A stretch of 63,377 bases of DNA, the filler included, from Octopus bimaculoides (lineage: Eukaryota), in the NCBI RefSeq assembly GCF_001194135.2. It is 5 parts of 5 records of this genome, joined end to end, with 100 filler letters (N's around TTAATTAATTAA, not from the genome) between each part and the next. Parts side by side here need not be neighbours in the genome. Positions count along the whole stretch, not along the records: positions 52,143 to 63,377 come from NC_068987.1; 4 more parts are not named here. One strand, given 5' to 3'. Shown here piece by piece: positions 53,510-63,377 of the stretch. Below the pieces are notes generated by a model. It was given only the letters and a program-made list of their open reading frames with translations, had not been told where the DNA came from and made no database searches. Every line of letters begins with the position of its first letter. The stretch's first letter is position 1. The position numbers were made by a program, and so were the translations under genes.

Positions 53510-54022
53510 TTCATTAGACACTCAACTTGGCTTGCGAAGACCTGTTGGGGCAAGCAAAGGCGAAATCATGATGGCACCTGTACCAGTGGAGCACTAAGAG
53601 CACCGTTCAAGCATGATCGTTGCCAGAGCCGCTGTCTGGCTTCTGTACGGCACGTAAATAGCACCATTTGAGCATGACTGTTACCAGCGTCGCCTTCCTG
53701 GCACTTGTGCCGGTGGCACATGAAAAGACATTTGAGCGAGATCATTGCCAGTGCCGCTAGATTGGCTCCTGTGCAGATGGCACTTAAAATACACCATTTT
53801 GAGTGTGGCCGTTGCCAGTACCGCCTAACTGGCCTTCGTGCCGGTGGCACGTAAAAGCACCCACTACACTCTTGGAGTGGTTGGTGTTAGGAAGGGCATC
53901 CAGCTGTAGAAACTCTGCCAAATCAGATCGGAGCCTGGTGTAGCCATCTGGTTCACCAGTCCTCAGTCAAATCGTCCAACCCATGCAAACATAGAAAGCG
54001 GACGTTAAACGATGATGATGAG
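53510..54022 (+). mobile_element. RTE-type 3' UTR or RTE-tailed element with internal ~60-65 bp tandem units
   Basis: About four degenerate ggcacgtaaa-agcacca-gagc-tgatcgttgccag units. Ends aagggcatccagctgtagaaac...gaaagcggacgttaaac(gat)n, the same tail as at 56845-56990 and 60550-60700. Confidence 0.6.
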
Positions 54023-55031
54023 AAAGTTGACATTAAAATAATGATGATGATGAAATTAATATGTATATATAGTGATATACACAAACACACCAGTAAGTTA
54101 ATGTTCAATTTCACTTCCAAGAAAGTGTTAAATATGCAAATTATTCTACCCAATTTACTCTAGCCATTAATATCAGTGGGTTTATAGGATGTGTCTCTGT
54201 GGATAGTTAAGTAAGATACACAGCTACTAATGAAACATCAAGCAGATTTGAAACATGCAACATATACAGCTGTCTGCAAACATACTGTGTGTTTGTACTC
54301 ATTGTAGCATGTAAATGTTGGTTAAAAATCTATTGACATGTTTAAAATACAATGAAACTAAACACAGTTAACACACTAGTAGTTTAATAAATATAAATAC
54401 AGAAATATATAAACATGATGAATGCCTCATCTTGTCAGATGATAGCTGTTTCATATTCAGCCTGATTGTTCTGATTTACTTTCATCTTTGCATGTGCACA
54501 GATATGGCTTTTCATGTCACGTAACCCATCACAATAGGACTTTATAAAATACAAAATGGGTCAAGAAATAAAATGATAGTGAAACATGTATTTTATCAAA
54601 TTTAAAGAACAAAAACATGTGCAACACTTTTGCCACTTTCTCTGTTACCATAGTTGGTTCCAGTGACAAGTATTGTAGGATGACTGCAAGTTTCATCAGA
54701 ACATCTTTCTCCTAGAAGAGCTGCCTTCTCTGTGGCTTTATGAAAAATAATGGGAGCCTTCTCTACCCCTAAGAAATCTATTTAACCCATAGATGGGACC
54801 CTGATAGATACTACTGTCCTGGGTTAGAATGGACTTGGGGGTATTGGTAGTTAAGGGGTGATTCCACACTACCCACAACTCCAGAACCCCTGAACTGGCA
54901 TCCCACCAATAGATGCAGTTTAATGCCATACTCAGGACAAGCATACATGCATACATACACTCACCTATGCAAAGAAATAAGCATACATGCATACTGATTT
55001 GATCTTTTTTTTTGTCTTTTTTCTATTACAG

Positions 55032-55154
55032 TTCAGCGACCTCGTAAACTCATGGTTCTAGTCAACCCCTATTCTGGAGCAGGAAATGCCTCAAAGATAC
55101 TTTCCTCTGCTAAGTCTATATTTGAAATTGCTGGAATAAGCTGCGATATCACAA
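55032..55154 (+). CDS. CERKL: Ceramide kinase family (CERK/CERKL-like) internal exon, start of DAGK catalytic domain
   Basis: Acceptor ttctattacAG and donor GTaagt; 123 bp, phase 1-1. Translates xQRPRKLMVLVNPYSGAGNASKILSSAKSIFEIAGISCDIT, with the RPxxLxVxxNPxSG motif of the CERK/SphK/DAGK family. Family call is firm; CERKL versus CERK is less certain. Confidence 0.9.
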
Positions 55155-55867
55155 GTAAGTAATCAAAACCTCTCTCCTTCACCTCTTACTCTTCCTCTCC
55201 TGCTTTCTTCACCTTTTTAGCATTTGGTAGTAATGGGTCTGTTCTTTCCACTCCCTCTTTTCTATATTTCATAAACTTGGATATCTTTCGTTTTCCTCTT
55301 TCTTCTGTCTGTAACGGTGCATGGCTTAGTGATTATGACTCATGATCATAGGATTGTGGTATTGATTCCTGGATCAGATAATGCATGTCATTCTTGAGCA
55401 AAACACTTAATTTTATGTTGTCCCACTTCACTCAGGTGGCAAAAGAGAGTATTTCTATGATGGATCTTATCCTATCCAGCAGGGAATATATACACCACAG
55501 AATCTGGAAAACTAGTCCTATGAATCTGTATGACTTGGAAAGAAGCTTTCTCCTTTATTTCTTCTGTTTCTCTTGCCTTCTTTATAACTTACTGGCCTGT
55601 ATATTTCCTCCTTTCACACTTTCTTTTCTTTCCCTGTTTTCCTTTTATTTCTTCCTATTTCCTTTATTTCTTTCCTTACTTCTTTCTTTCCATCTTTAAT
55701 AGTTTGCTTGTTTCTAATTTTACAGATTTTTGTATTTGTTTTCTTCTCTCTTTCTTTCTCTTTTTAAATTTATGTCTTTTAGTCAGCCTTTCTTCTTTTT
55801 GCCCCTTATATTTTTCTATCTCTCTATCTTAATATCTTAATTTTCCCTTTTCCTTATATTTTTCTAG

Positions 55868-55931
55868 TTTTATCTGAAACAAATGACCTACCAACTGTTA
55901 TACAGAACAAGGATCTAGCTCAATTCAATGG
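55868..55931 (+). CDS. CERKL: Ceramide kinase family exon (64 bp)
   Basis: Acceptor tttctAG after a long pyrimidine tract, donor GTatat; phase 1-2. Translates ILSETNDLPTVIQNKDLAQFNG and keeps frame between the flanking exons. Confidence 0.8.
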
Positions 55932-56249
55932 GTATATATATAACTGATTATTTTTTATCATTATATTTATAACTGGACATTGCAGAGACAGAATAGGTAG
56001 AGCAGACAAAAATTCTTGCTGGAATTGACTTTATTTTGATAAATTGAGTTTCTGTTACTAACATTCTCTGCCAAAAATGCCATGACCTTGCACTTATATT
56101 TGAAATACTTAAGGGAGAAGATTGTCAATACCTGTAGAATGTCCAACAAAATTGTTTGCAATATGCAGTTAAGTCCCTTCACATTCAGATTTCAAAAACG
56201 ATTGTGGTTGACATTTCCTGTAGTAGAAATTATTAAAATCTGTAAAAAG

Positions 56250-56585
56250 AAGGGTAAAGACCCCCTTGAGTCATGAATGACCACAGGATTGCACCTAGAA
56301 AGTTACCCTCCGAAGCACAAGTCTGGACAAAGTTGTTTATGGAAGACCAGCAGTCACCCATGCATACCAGCCTCTCTTCTCCAAGTCACCGATATTATCC
56401 AAGGGAAAGGCAAGGGCCAATACAATTTAGCACCAGTGATGTCACAACTCATTTCTACAGGTGAGTGAACTGGAGCAACGTGAAATAAAGTGTCTTGCTC
56501 AAGAAAACAACACACAGCCCAGTCCAGGACATTAAACTCACAATCTCACAACTGTAAGCCCGATGCTCTAACCACTGAGCCATAT
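56250..56585 (-). mobile_element. tRNA-derived SINE with a CORE-like central domain (family D). Related copies at ~17600-17855(-), 27205-27415(-), 47338-47590(+), 55317-55545(+)
   Basis: tRNA-like head tggctcagtggttagagc, followed by cttgagcaagacactttatttcacgttgctccagt. Confidence 0.7.
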
Positions 56586-56844
56586 TAGTACTATTTAAGG
56601 AACAAGCTAGTAGAATTGTTAGTGCATCAAACAAAAGGCTTAGCAGCATTTCATATGGCTTTTTATGTTCTGAGTTCAAATTCTGCTAAGGTCGACTTTG
56701 CCTTTCATCCTTTCAGGGTCAATAAAATAATTATCCGTCAAGTACTGAGGTCAATGTTATCAACTTGCCTCCTTTCTTCCAAATGTTAGCTTTGTGCCAA
56801 AATTAGAAGAAATTATCATTGTCACACATATTATTATAAGTCCA

Positions 56845-56990
56845 CTCTGTGGGGTGATTGGTATTAGAAAGGGCATCCAGCCATAAAATCCCTGCCAAAA
56901 TAGACAGTGATACCTTGTGCAGACTTCTGTCTAGCCGGCTCCTGTCAAACCCTCCAACCCATGGAAAACGGACATTAAATGATGATAATA
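56845..56990 (+). mobile_element. RTE-type 3' tail fragment
   Basis: aagggcatccagcc...aacccatggaaaacggacattaaat followed by (GAT)n. Confidence 0.55.
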
Positions 56991-57563
56991 ATGATGATGA
57001 TGGTGACGATGATGGTGACGGTGACGATGACAATGATGATGTGCAGGTATGGCTGTGTTGAGAAGTTCACTTCCCTACCACATGGGTTTGCATTCAGTCT
57101 CACAATGTGACACTTTCTGTGACAAGCTTTCCACTATAGCCCCAGGTGGCCAAAGCCTTTTGTGTGGTACCAGTCGAGCCCTGGGGTCAATGTATTCAAC
57201 TTATGCCCTCCTTGAAATTTCTGGCCTTGTGCCAAAAACTTAAACCAATATCTATTTATGGTCCTTTGCTTTCTGAGTTCAAATCACATCAAAGTTAACA
57301 TCACTTTTCGTTCTTCCATGAGTAATAAAGTCTTAGTCAAGTGCTTGTGAATATCTTCAACTATTTTCCACTTAATTTCTAGCCTTCTGCTAATATTAAA
57401 GCATTAGTTTACATTTTAAATACAGACATTCCTAAGGTCAACATTGTTTTCGACCCTCTAAAATTTATGATGTTGTATTCCAGTTAATTATTAAAATATG
57501 TCGACTATATTCATAAAGAATTCTTGTGCAAGTGTTATAAATTATTATTGTTTGATGTTACAG

Positions 57564-57712
57564 TGTAGTAGTAGTTGGAGGAGATGGTTCAGTAAGTCAA
57601 ACAGTGACTTGCCTGATGCAAAAAGTTCAGAAGGATGATAGCATTGAAGTAGATGATCCACCATCAAATCCGGGAAAGCAGTGTCCCTTACCTATTGGAA
57701 TTATACCTGCTG
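57564..57712 (+). CDS. CERKL: Ceramide kinase family exon with the GGDG ATP-binding motif
   Basis: Acceptor tgttacAG, donor GTaagt; 149 bp, phase 2-1. Translates VVVVGGDGSVSQTVTCLMQKVQKDDSIEVDDPPSNPGKQCPLPIGIIPAG. Confidence 0.92.
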
Positions 57713-57818
57713 GTAAGTGCAAAGCTAAAGCCAATGTTATTTTGATTTTGATTTTATGGCAGCATGATCATTCCACAGTCTTAGACATTAAATAAGAGTT
57801 TATATATATCTCCACTTT

Positions 57819-58262
57819 AAGGTGGTGAGCTGGCCAAATCATTAGTATGCTGGGCAAAATGCTTAGCAGCATCCTTCTTTATGTTTTTAGTTCAAATTCC
57901 ACCAAGGTCAATTTTGCCTTTCATCCTTTCAGGATCAATAAAGTAAGTACTAGGTAACTCTAGGATCAAATGTAATTGACTTATCCCATCCTCTGAAATT
58001 GCTGGCCTTGTGCCAAAATTTGAACTCAATATATATCTTCACCTTAAGGCAGCAAGCTTGCAGAATCATTACTGCACCAGGAAAGATATTTAACTGCATT
58101 TCTTCTGACTTTATGTTCTGAGTTCAAACACCACTGGGGTTGATTTTTGCCTTTCATCCTTTCAGGGTCAATAAAATAAAGTACCAGTTGAATACTGGGG
58201 TTGATGTAATCAACTTACCTCTTTCTCGAAATTGCTGGCCTTGTGCAAAAATCTGAAGCCAG
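57819..58262 (+). mobile_element. Family A SINE dimer in the kinase intron
   Basis: Two units bounded and separated by atatatctccactt-like motifs. Confidence 0.8.
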
Positions 58263-58983
58263 TATATATCTCCACTTCACCAAACTTTACCTTCTGCTTA
58301 CTGTATTTGATAACAGAAGCTGTAAGACACCCAAATGGATTACAAAAGAACATCAAAGCCTTTTCACTAACCACTTAAGCCTTTTGATACCAACCTGCCC
58401 AAGACTGTCATTGCTTCTATGATACAAACTTCTTTTAAAGTGATTTAGATTAAAACATTCCATCAAACTTTCATGTTAACTTATGTTCCAAACATCAGAG
58501 GGATGGGATAATTTGCAGGAATCTACTATTAAGGATAGGAGATATGATTGCTTGATATTTTATCAAGGATCTAATGCAGTTGCTTAGCATCCTGGGAGAT
58601 GATGCCATGACAATGGAAATGATAAAACTTGCATTGTTGGAAACAAGTGCCTTATGGTAGTTGTAATGGCATAAGAAATAATATCAGTGGAATGTAAGAG
58701 ACCTAATTATAGATTGGATGATAAGCTGGCAGAATCATTAGCATGCCAAACAAAATGTTTAGTGGCATTTCATCCATCTTGATGTTATGAGTTCAAATTC
58801 CGCCATGGTTGAATTTGCCTTTCACCCTTTTGGAGCCAATAAAGCAGGTACCAGTTGAGCACTGGGGTCAATGAAATTGGCTAGCCCTATCCCTCCAAAT
58901 TTCAGGCTTTGTACCTATAGTAGTAGGGAATTAAAGGAACTTATTGTTTATATGCATTTTGCTCTATTTATTATTATTCTATA

Positions 58984-59032
<49 letters not shown>

Positions 59033-60316
59033 NNNNNNNNNNNNNNNNNNNNNNNNNNNNNNNNNNNNNNNNNNNNNNNNNNNNNNNNNNNNNNNNNNNN
59101 NNNNNNNNNNNNNNNNNNNNNNNNNNNNNNNNNNNNNNNNNNNNNNNNNNNNNNNNNNNNNNNNNNNNNNNNNNNNNNNNNNNNNNNNNNNNNNNNNNNN
59201 NNNNNNNNNNNNNNNNNNNNNNNNNNNNNNNNNNNNNNNNNNNNNNNNNNNNNNNNNNNNNNNNNNNNNNNNNNNNNNNNNNNNNNNNNNNNNNNNNNNN
59301 NNNNNNNNNNNNNNNNNNNNNNNNNNNNNNNNNNNNNNNNNNNNNNNNNNNNNNNNNNNNNNNNNNNNNNNNNNNNNNNNNNNNNNNNNNNNNNNNNNNN
59401 NNNNNNNNNNNNNNNNNNNNNNNNNNNNNNNNNNNNNNNNNNNNNNNNNNNNNNNNNNNNNNNNNNNNNNNNNNNNNNNNNNNNNNNNNNNNNNNNNNNN
59501 NNNNNNNNNNNNNNNNNNNNNNNNNNNNNNNNNNTAAATGTTTGCAGCTGAAGATAGCTTTAAACCATCCTTTATATCAACAATATATACTGATGTAATG
59601 ACAGATTGTGTATAAAGCTTGAAACACGTATACCACGATATCCTTTGTGTTCTGTTTTCAATTTACGTTTAATATATTCTTTCACCTCTGTCACTATCTG
59701 GCATATACAGGTGCTTATACTTATCAAGTATTACCTCTAAAACTTACAGTACCTATATATATATATGACAAGCTTCTTTCAGTTGCCATCTACCTACCAA
59801 ATTCACTGATAAGGCTTTTGTCAATTTGGAGCTATTGCATAAGAAACTTATCCAAGGTGCCATACAATGGAATTGAACCTGAAACCACATGATTAGGATG
59901 CTAACTTCTTAACCATGCAGCCATGTCTGTGCTCATTGGGTGAAATACAATTCCATCATCAAAATGAAATATAGATTTCAAATTTTGGCACAAGGCCAAT
60001 TAGTTCAAGGGAAGGGGTAAGTCAATTGCATCAACCCCAGTGATGATAGTCAAAGGGATGAAAGGCAGAGTCAGCCCTGACACAATTTGAACTCAGAATA
60101 TAAAAGATGTGCAAAATACTGCTAAGCATTTTGTCCAGTGTGCTAAGGATTCTGCAACTCACCTCCTTCATCATCTAAATGAAATATTATAATGTATGAA
60201 ACAGTTACTCCATCATGGTTAATGATGTTACATTCATAATGTAAATATTGAGTTATTTCAGGCCACCACTATATTTCATTCTGGGTATCACATAATTTTT
60301 ACATATTCTCTTTTAG

Positions 60317-60391
60317 GTACTGGTAACATGATGGTAAAGATGTTACACGGCAATGATGATATCATAACAGCAACACTTCACATAATACGAG
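60317..60391 (+). CDS. CERKL: Ceramide kinase family exon (75 bp)
   Basis: Acceptor ctcttttAG, donor GTaagt; phase 1-1. Translates GTGNMMVKMLHGNDDIITATLHIIRG, completing PAGTGN; LHG and ITATLHII resemble vertebrate CERKL. Confidence 0.9.
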
Positions 60392-60549
60392 GTAAGTTCT
60401 CAGTTTTGTCTGTCTTACGATCATGTATCCAACATCCAAACCACTAAGCTTCATGCCTCCACATGGCTACCTCAGGTGGAGAGAGAAAGGAGAAAGAGGT
60501 GGTGAAGATGCAATTGAGGGTGCATACACCCAAGTTACAGGAAGTATAT

Positions 60550-60700
60550 ATCATCATCGTTTAACATCCGCCTTTCATGCTGGCATGGGTGGGATGGTTT
60601 GACAAGAGCCAGCCAGGCAGAAGCCTACACCAGACTTCTGTAACTGTTTTGGCAGGATTTTTACAGCTGGATGCCCTTCCTAACACCAACCAATCAACAG
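60550..60700 (-). mobile_element. RTE-type 3' tail fragment
   Basis: Reverse complement of the same tail (catcatcgtttaacatccgcctttcatgctggcatggg...ggatgcccttcc). Confidence 0.55.
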
Positions 60701-61276
60701 AGTGGACTTATTTATATANNNNNNNNNNNNNNNNNNNNNNNNNNNNNNNNNNNNNNNNNNNNNNNNNNNNNNNNNNNNNNNNNNNNNNNNNNNNNNNNNN
60801 NNNNNNNNNNNNNNNNNNNNNNNNNNNNNNNNNNNNNNNNNNNNNNNNNNNNNNNNNNNNNNNNNNNNNNNNNNNNNNNNNNNNNNNNNNNNNNNNNNNN
60901 NNNNNNNNNNNNNNNNNNNNNNNNNNNNNNNNNNNNNNNNNNNNNNNNNNNNNNNNNNNNNATATATATATATATATATATATACATACACACACACACA
61001 CATATATATCACAATATCAACCAGAATATTAGATGTTGTTATACTCCACTGGTCAATATGTAGTTCCTCGCATTGTTGTAACTTTTTAATAACACCACTC
61101 TATTGACTGGACAGGCAGACCAACATACACACTAAATGGAATGCTAACCATGTGGTCTTAGCTTCAGTCCCATTGCACAACCCCTTGGGAAAATGTCTTT
61201 TACTATGGCCCTGGGCCAACAAAGCTTGTGACTAGATTTGATAGAAGGAAACAAATATTGTTTGTACATGTATGTA

Positions 61277-61317
<41 letters not shown>

Positions 61318-62665
61318 TTGTGTGGTGGGGAGTATGTGTGAGTGTGTATTAGTATTGTGTTTTTGCACCACCACTACTTGATAACCGTTGTTAGTGTACA
61401 TCCCTGTAACTTAGCAGTTTGGCAAAAGCAACCAATAGAATGAATAAATACCTGAGTTACAAATAAGTACTGAGGTCGATTTGTTTGACTAAACCTTTCA
61501 AGGTAGTGTGGTGTCCCAGTATGGCCACAGTCCAATGAATGGAACAAGTAAAAGATAAAAGCTATTTCTGGTATATCACAACTATTAAGAACACATATTT
61601 GAAGTAAATTACACTGCATAACACAGCTGTTGTCCTTGGGTAGCAACTGTTATTTCCCATTTGCTTACCCCTAGAGAGTATGAAAAATGGTTAATATTTC
61701 CTTCAAACTTTGTTTTTCTAACACTTATTCAAGCTCCAAAGAATTCCTCTCAACACATGGCTATGATGCTCCCACCACTTCTTCTCATGATCAGAGCTGC
61801 ATATATTGCCAGCCACTAAGGGACATGCTCAAGTGGTTAAGGTCAAGCAACTGACGAGAAAATCTGTGGTATTGAACAGAATATTTGCTATAACAATATT
61901 TCTGCTTCAGTAACTCTGTGCTGAATCTGTCTGAAATGTAATGGAAAGATAGATCAGTTTCAAAATATTTATGTCTAGGTCACAAAAGCAAATTTTGAAG
62001 GGAACAATAGTCATTTCCTTCGATTTCTAGATAGAACCAAATAGGAAATAACACTTACTGACCAAAAACCAAAATAATTAAAATTTTGTTACACAGTGTT
62101 ATCTACTTGTATTAGCATAATTACTTCTATCTCCCAGTTCAACTCATACTACTATCATATTTCTAGTATTTCTTACATCATTCTCTTTGAGCAATATATG
62201 AAAACTATTTATTTTCACAACACTAGTATGTATGCATCTTCACCTACATCTATTGACATTGATGATAATTAACAGGATAACAACCTAATGAAGTGATTAA
62301 TCATAGAGACACCATGCCTCACTCCTTGTTATCCAATAGCTTTAGCAATATGTCTAATCTATTCAGTGGTGTTCTGGCAACTCCTTCAATCATTTTTCTG
62401 CCTTCTTCCTTTTTTGTGATGCTTCATCCACCAAATACCAAATAATTTAACCTAATTTAATATAGTTGTTTGCTGATTTAGTAATGGCAACACAGTCACT
62501 AATCTAATAAAATTACAAATGAAAGTTACGCGTCTCTGAAGATTTGATAATGTAATTTGATTATCTAATTTACATTACATGATTAGTAAGCATCCTTTGT
62601 TAATAAATGATTAATGTAAGATGGTGTAACTTAATATTTTATAAACAATCTCTCCTCTTGTTTTC

Positions 62666-62719
<54 letters not shown>

Positions 62720-63057
62720 TGTGTGGTTACTGTAGCTGGCATTTCACATCTAGTTATTCGAATTTCACATTTTCAATCATCACACTGTATGATGGCAAGT
62801 GGGGACATAGAATTCACATAACTAGATGTGAAACCCCTGTTGCAACAAACAAAACAGCTCTTGCCCCTCAGCATTGCATGCTGTTTTGAACTGTTCACCT
62901 GTACCTACATGTACTCTACACACATGCACACACACTCACACACACACACATACATGCACACACACATTATACATATATCTATAAATAATATACATGTATA
63001 TATTATATATAGAGAGAGGGTGGAGGGAGTGAAGGAGAGACAGATATATATATATAA

Positions 63058-63377
63058 CGGAGACGCGTAGATATGTGCTGCATCCAGGAAGTAAGATGGA
63101 GAGGAGGTTCTGCGAGGTTCCTCACAGGCAAAGAACACAGGTACAAGATTTTCTGGGCAGGGAACACTGACGGGGTCGGGGGCGTAGGAATACTTCTAGC
63201 GGAGAAATGGGTGGATAAGGTAATCAAGGTCGTTAGAGTAAGTGACAGAGTACTTAAGATCAGACTAGTGCTTCATCATAGATTAGCTACTGTCATCTCA
63301 GCCTATGCACCTCAACCGGGGCTACCAGATGGTCTGAAAGACCAATTCTATGACACCCTCTTGCAAACTACCTCATC
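63058..63377 (+). mobile_element. RTE (BovB-like) LINE APE endonuclease fragment, open to the window end
   Basis: Uninterrupted RRVDMCCIQEVRWRGGSARFLTGKEHRYKIFWAGNTDGVGGVGILLAEKW...VISAYAPQPGLPDGLKDQFYDTLLQTTS; starts abruptly after (TA)n. Confidence 0.85.

Noticed and set aside
54538-54655. Candidate PH-domain exon (LYKIQNGSRNKMIVKHVFYQ)
   Set aside because: An in-frame stop precedes any suitable donor site.

Overview
This is repeat-dense, AT-rich eukaryotic DNA with many N gaps. The tRNA-derived SINE families, the (TA)n/(CA)n/(GATA)n/(TAA)n tracts and the gap style point to a coleoid cephalopod, most likely Octopus (inference). The only host coding sequence I can support is four consecutive + strand exons (55032-55154, 55868-55931, 57564-57712, 60317-60391). 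They splice in frame to the DAGK-catalytic domain of a ceramide kinase family protein with CERKL-like residues; its other exons were not found. The rest is mobile DNA and simple repeats: several SINE families, a nearly full-length decayed Tx1-like LINE (48280-51894), R4/Dong-like RLE LINE fragments, RTE fragments, mariner/maT remnants, MITEs and several long palindromes. Main leads: (1) two diverged Tx1-like 3' ends join the same SINE head at the same nucleotide, suggesting a SINE/tRNA-targeting retrotransposon; (2) (TA)n-embedded fold-back palindromes carry the 3' half of a minimal hammerhead ribozyme, one folding exactly on its stem II; (3) the CERKL-like kinase keeps canonical catalytic motifs. 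Almost all ORFs in the supplied track are microsatellite or N-gap artefacts. Family calls come from motif recognition, not database searches, and repeat boundaries are approximate.
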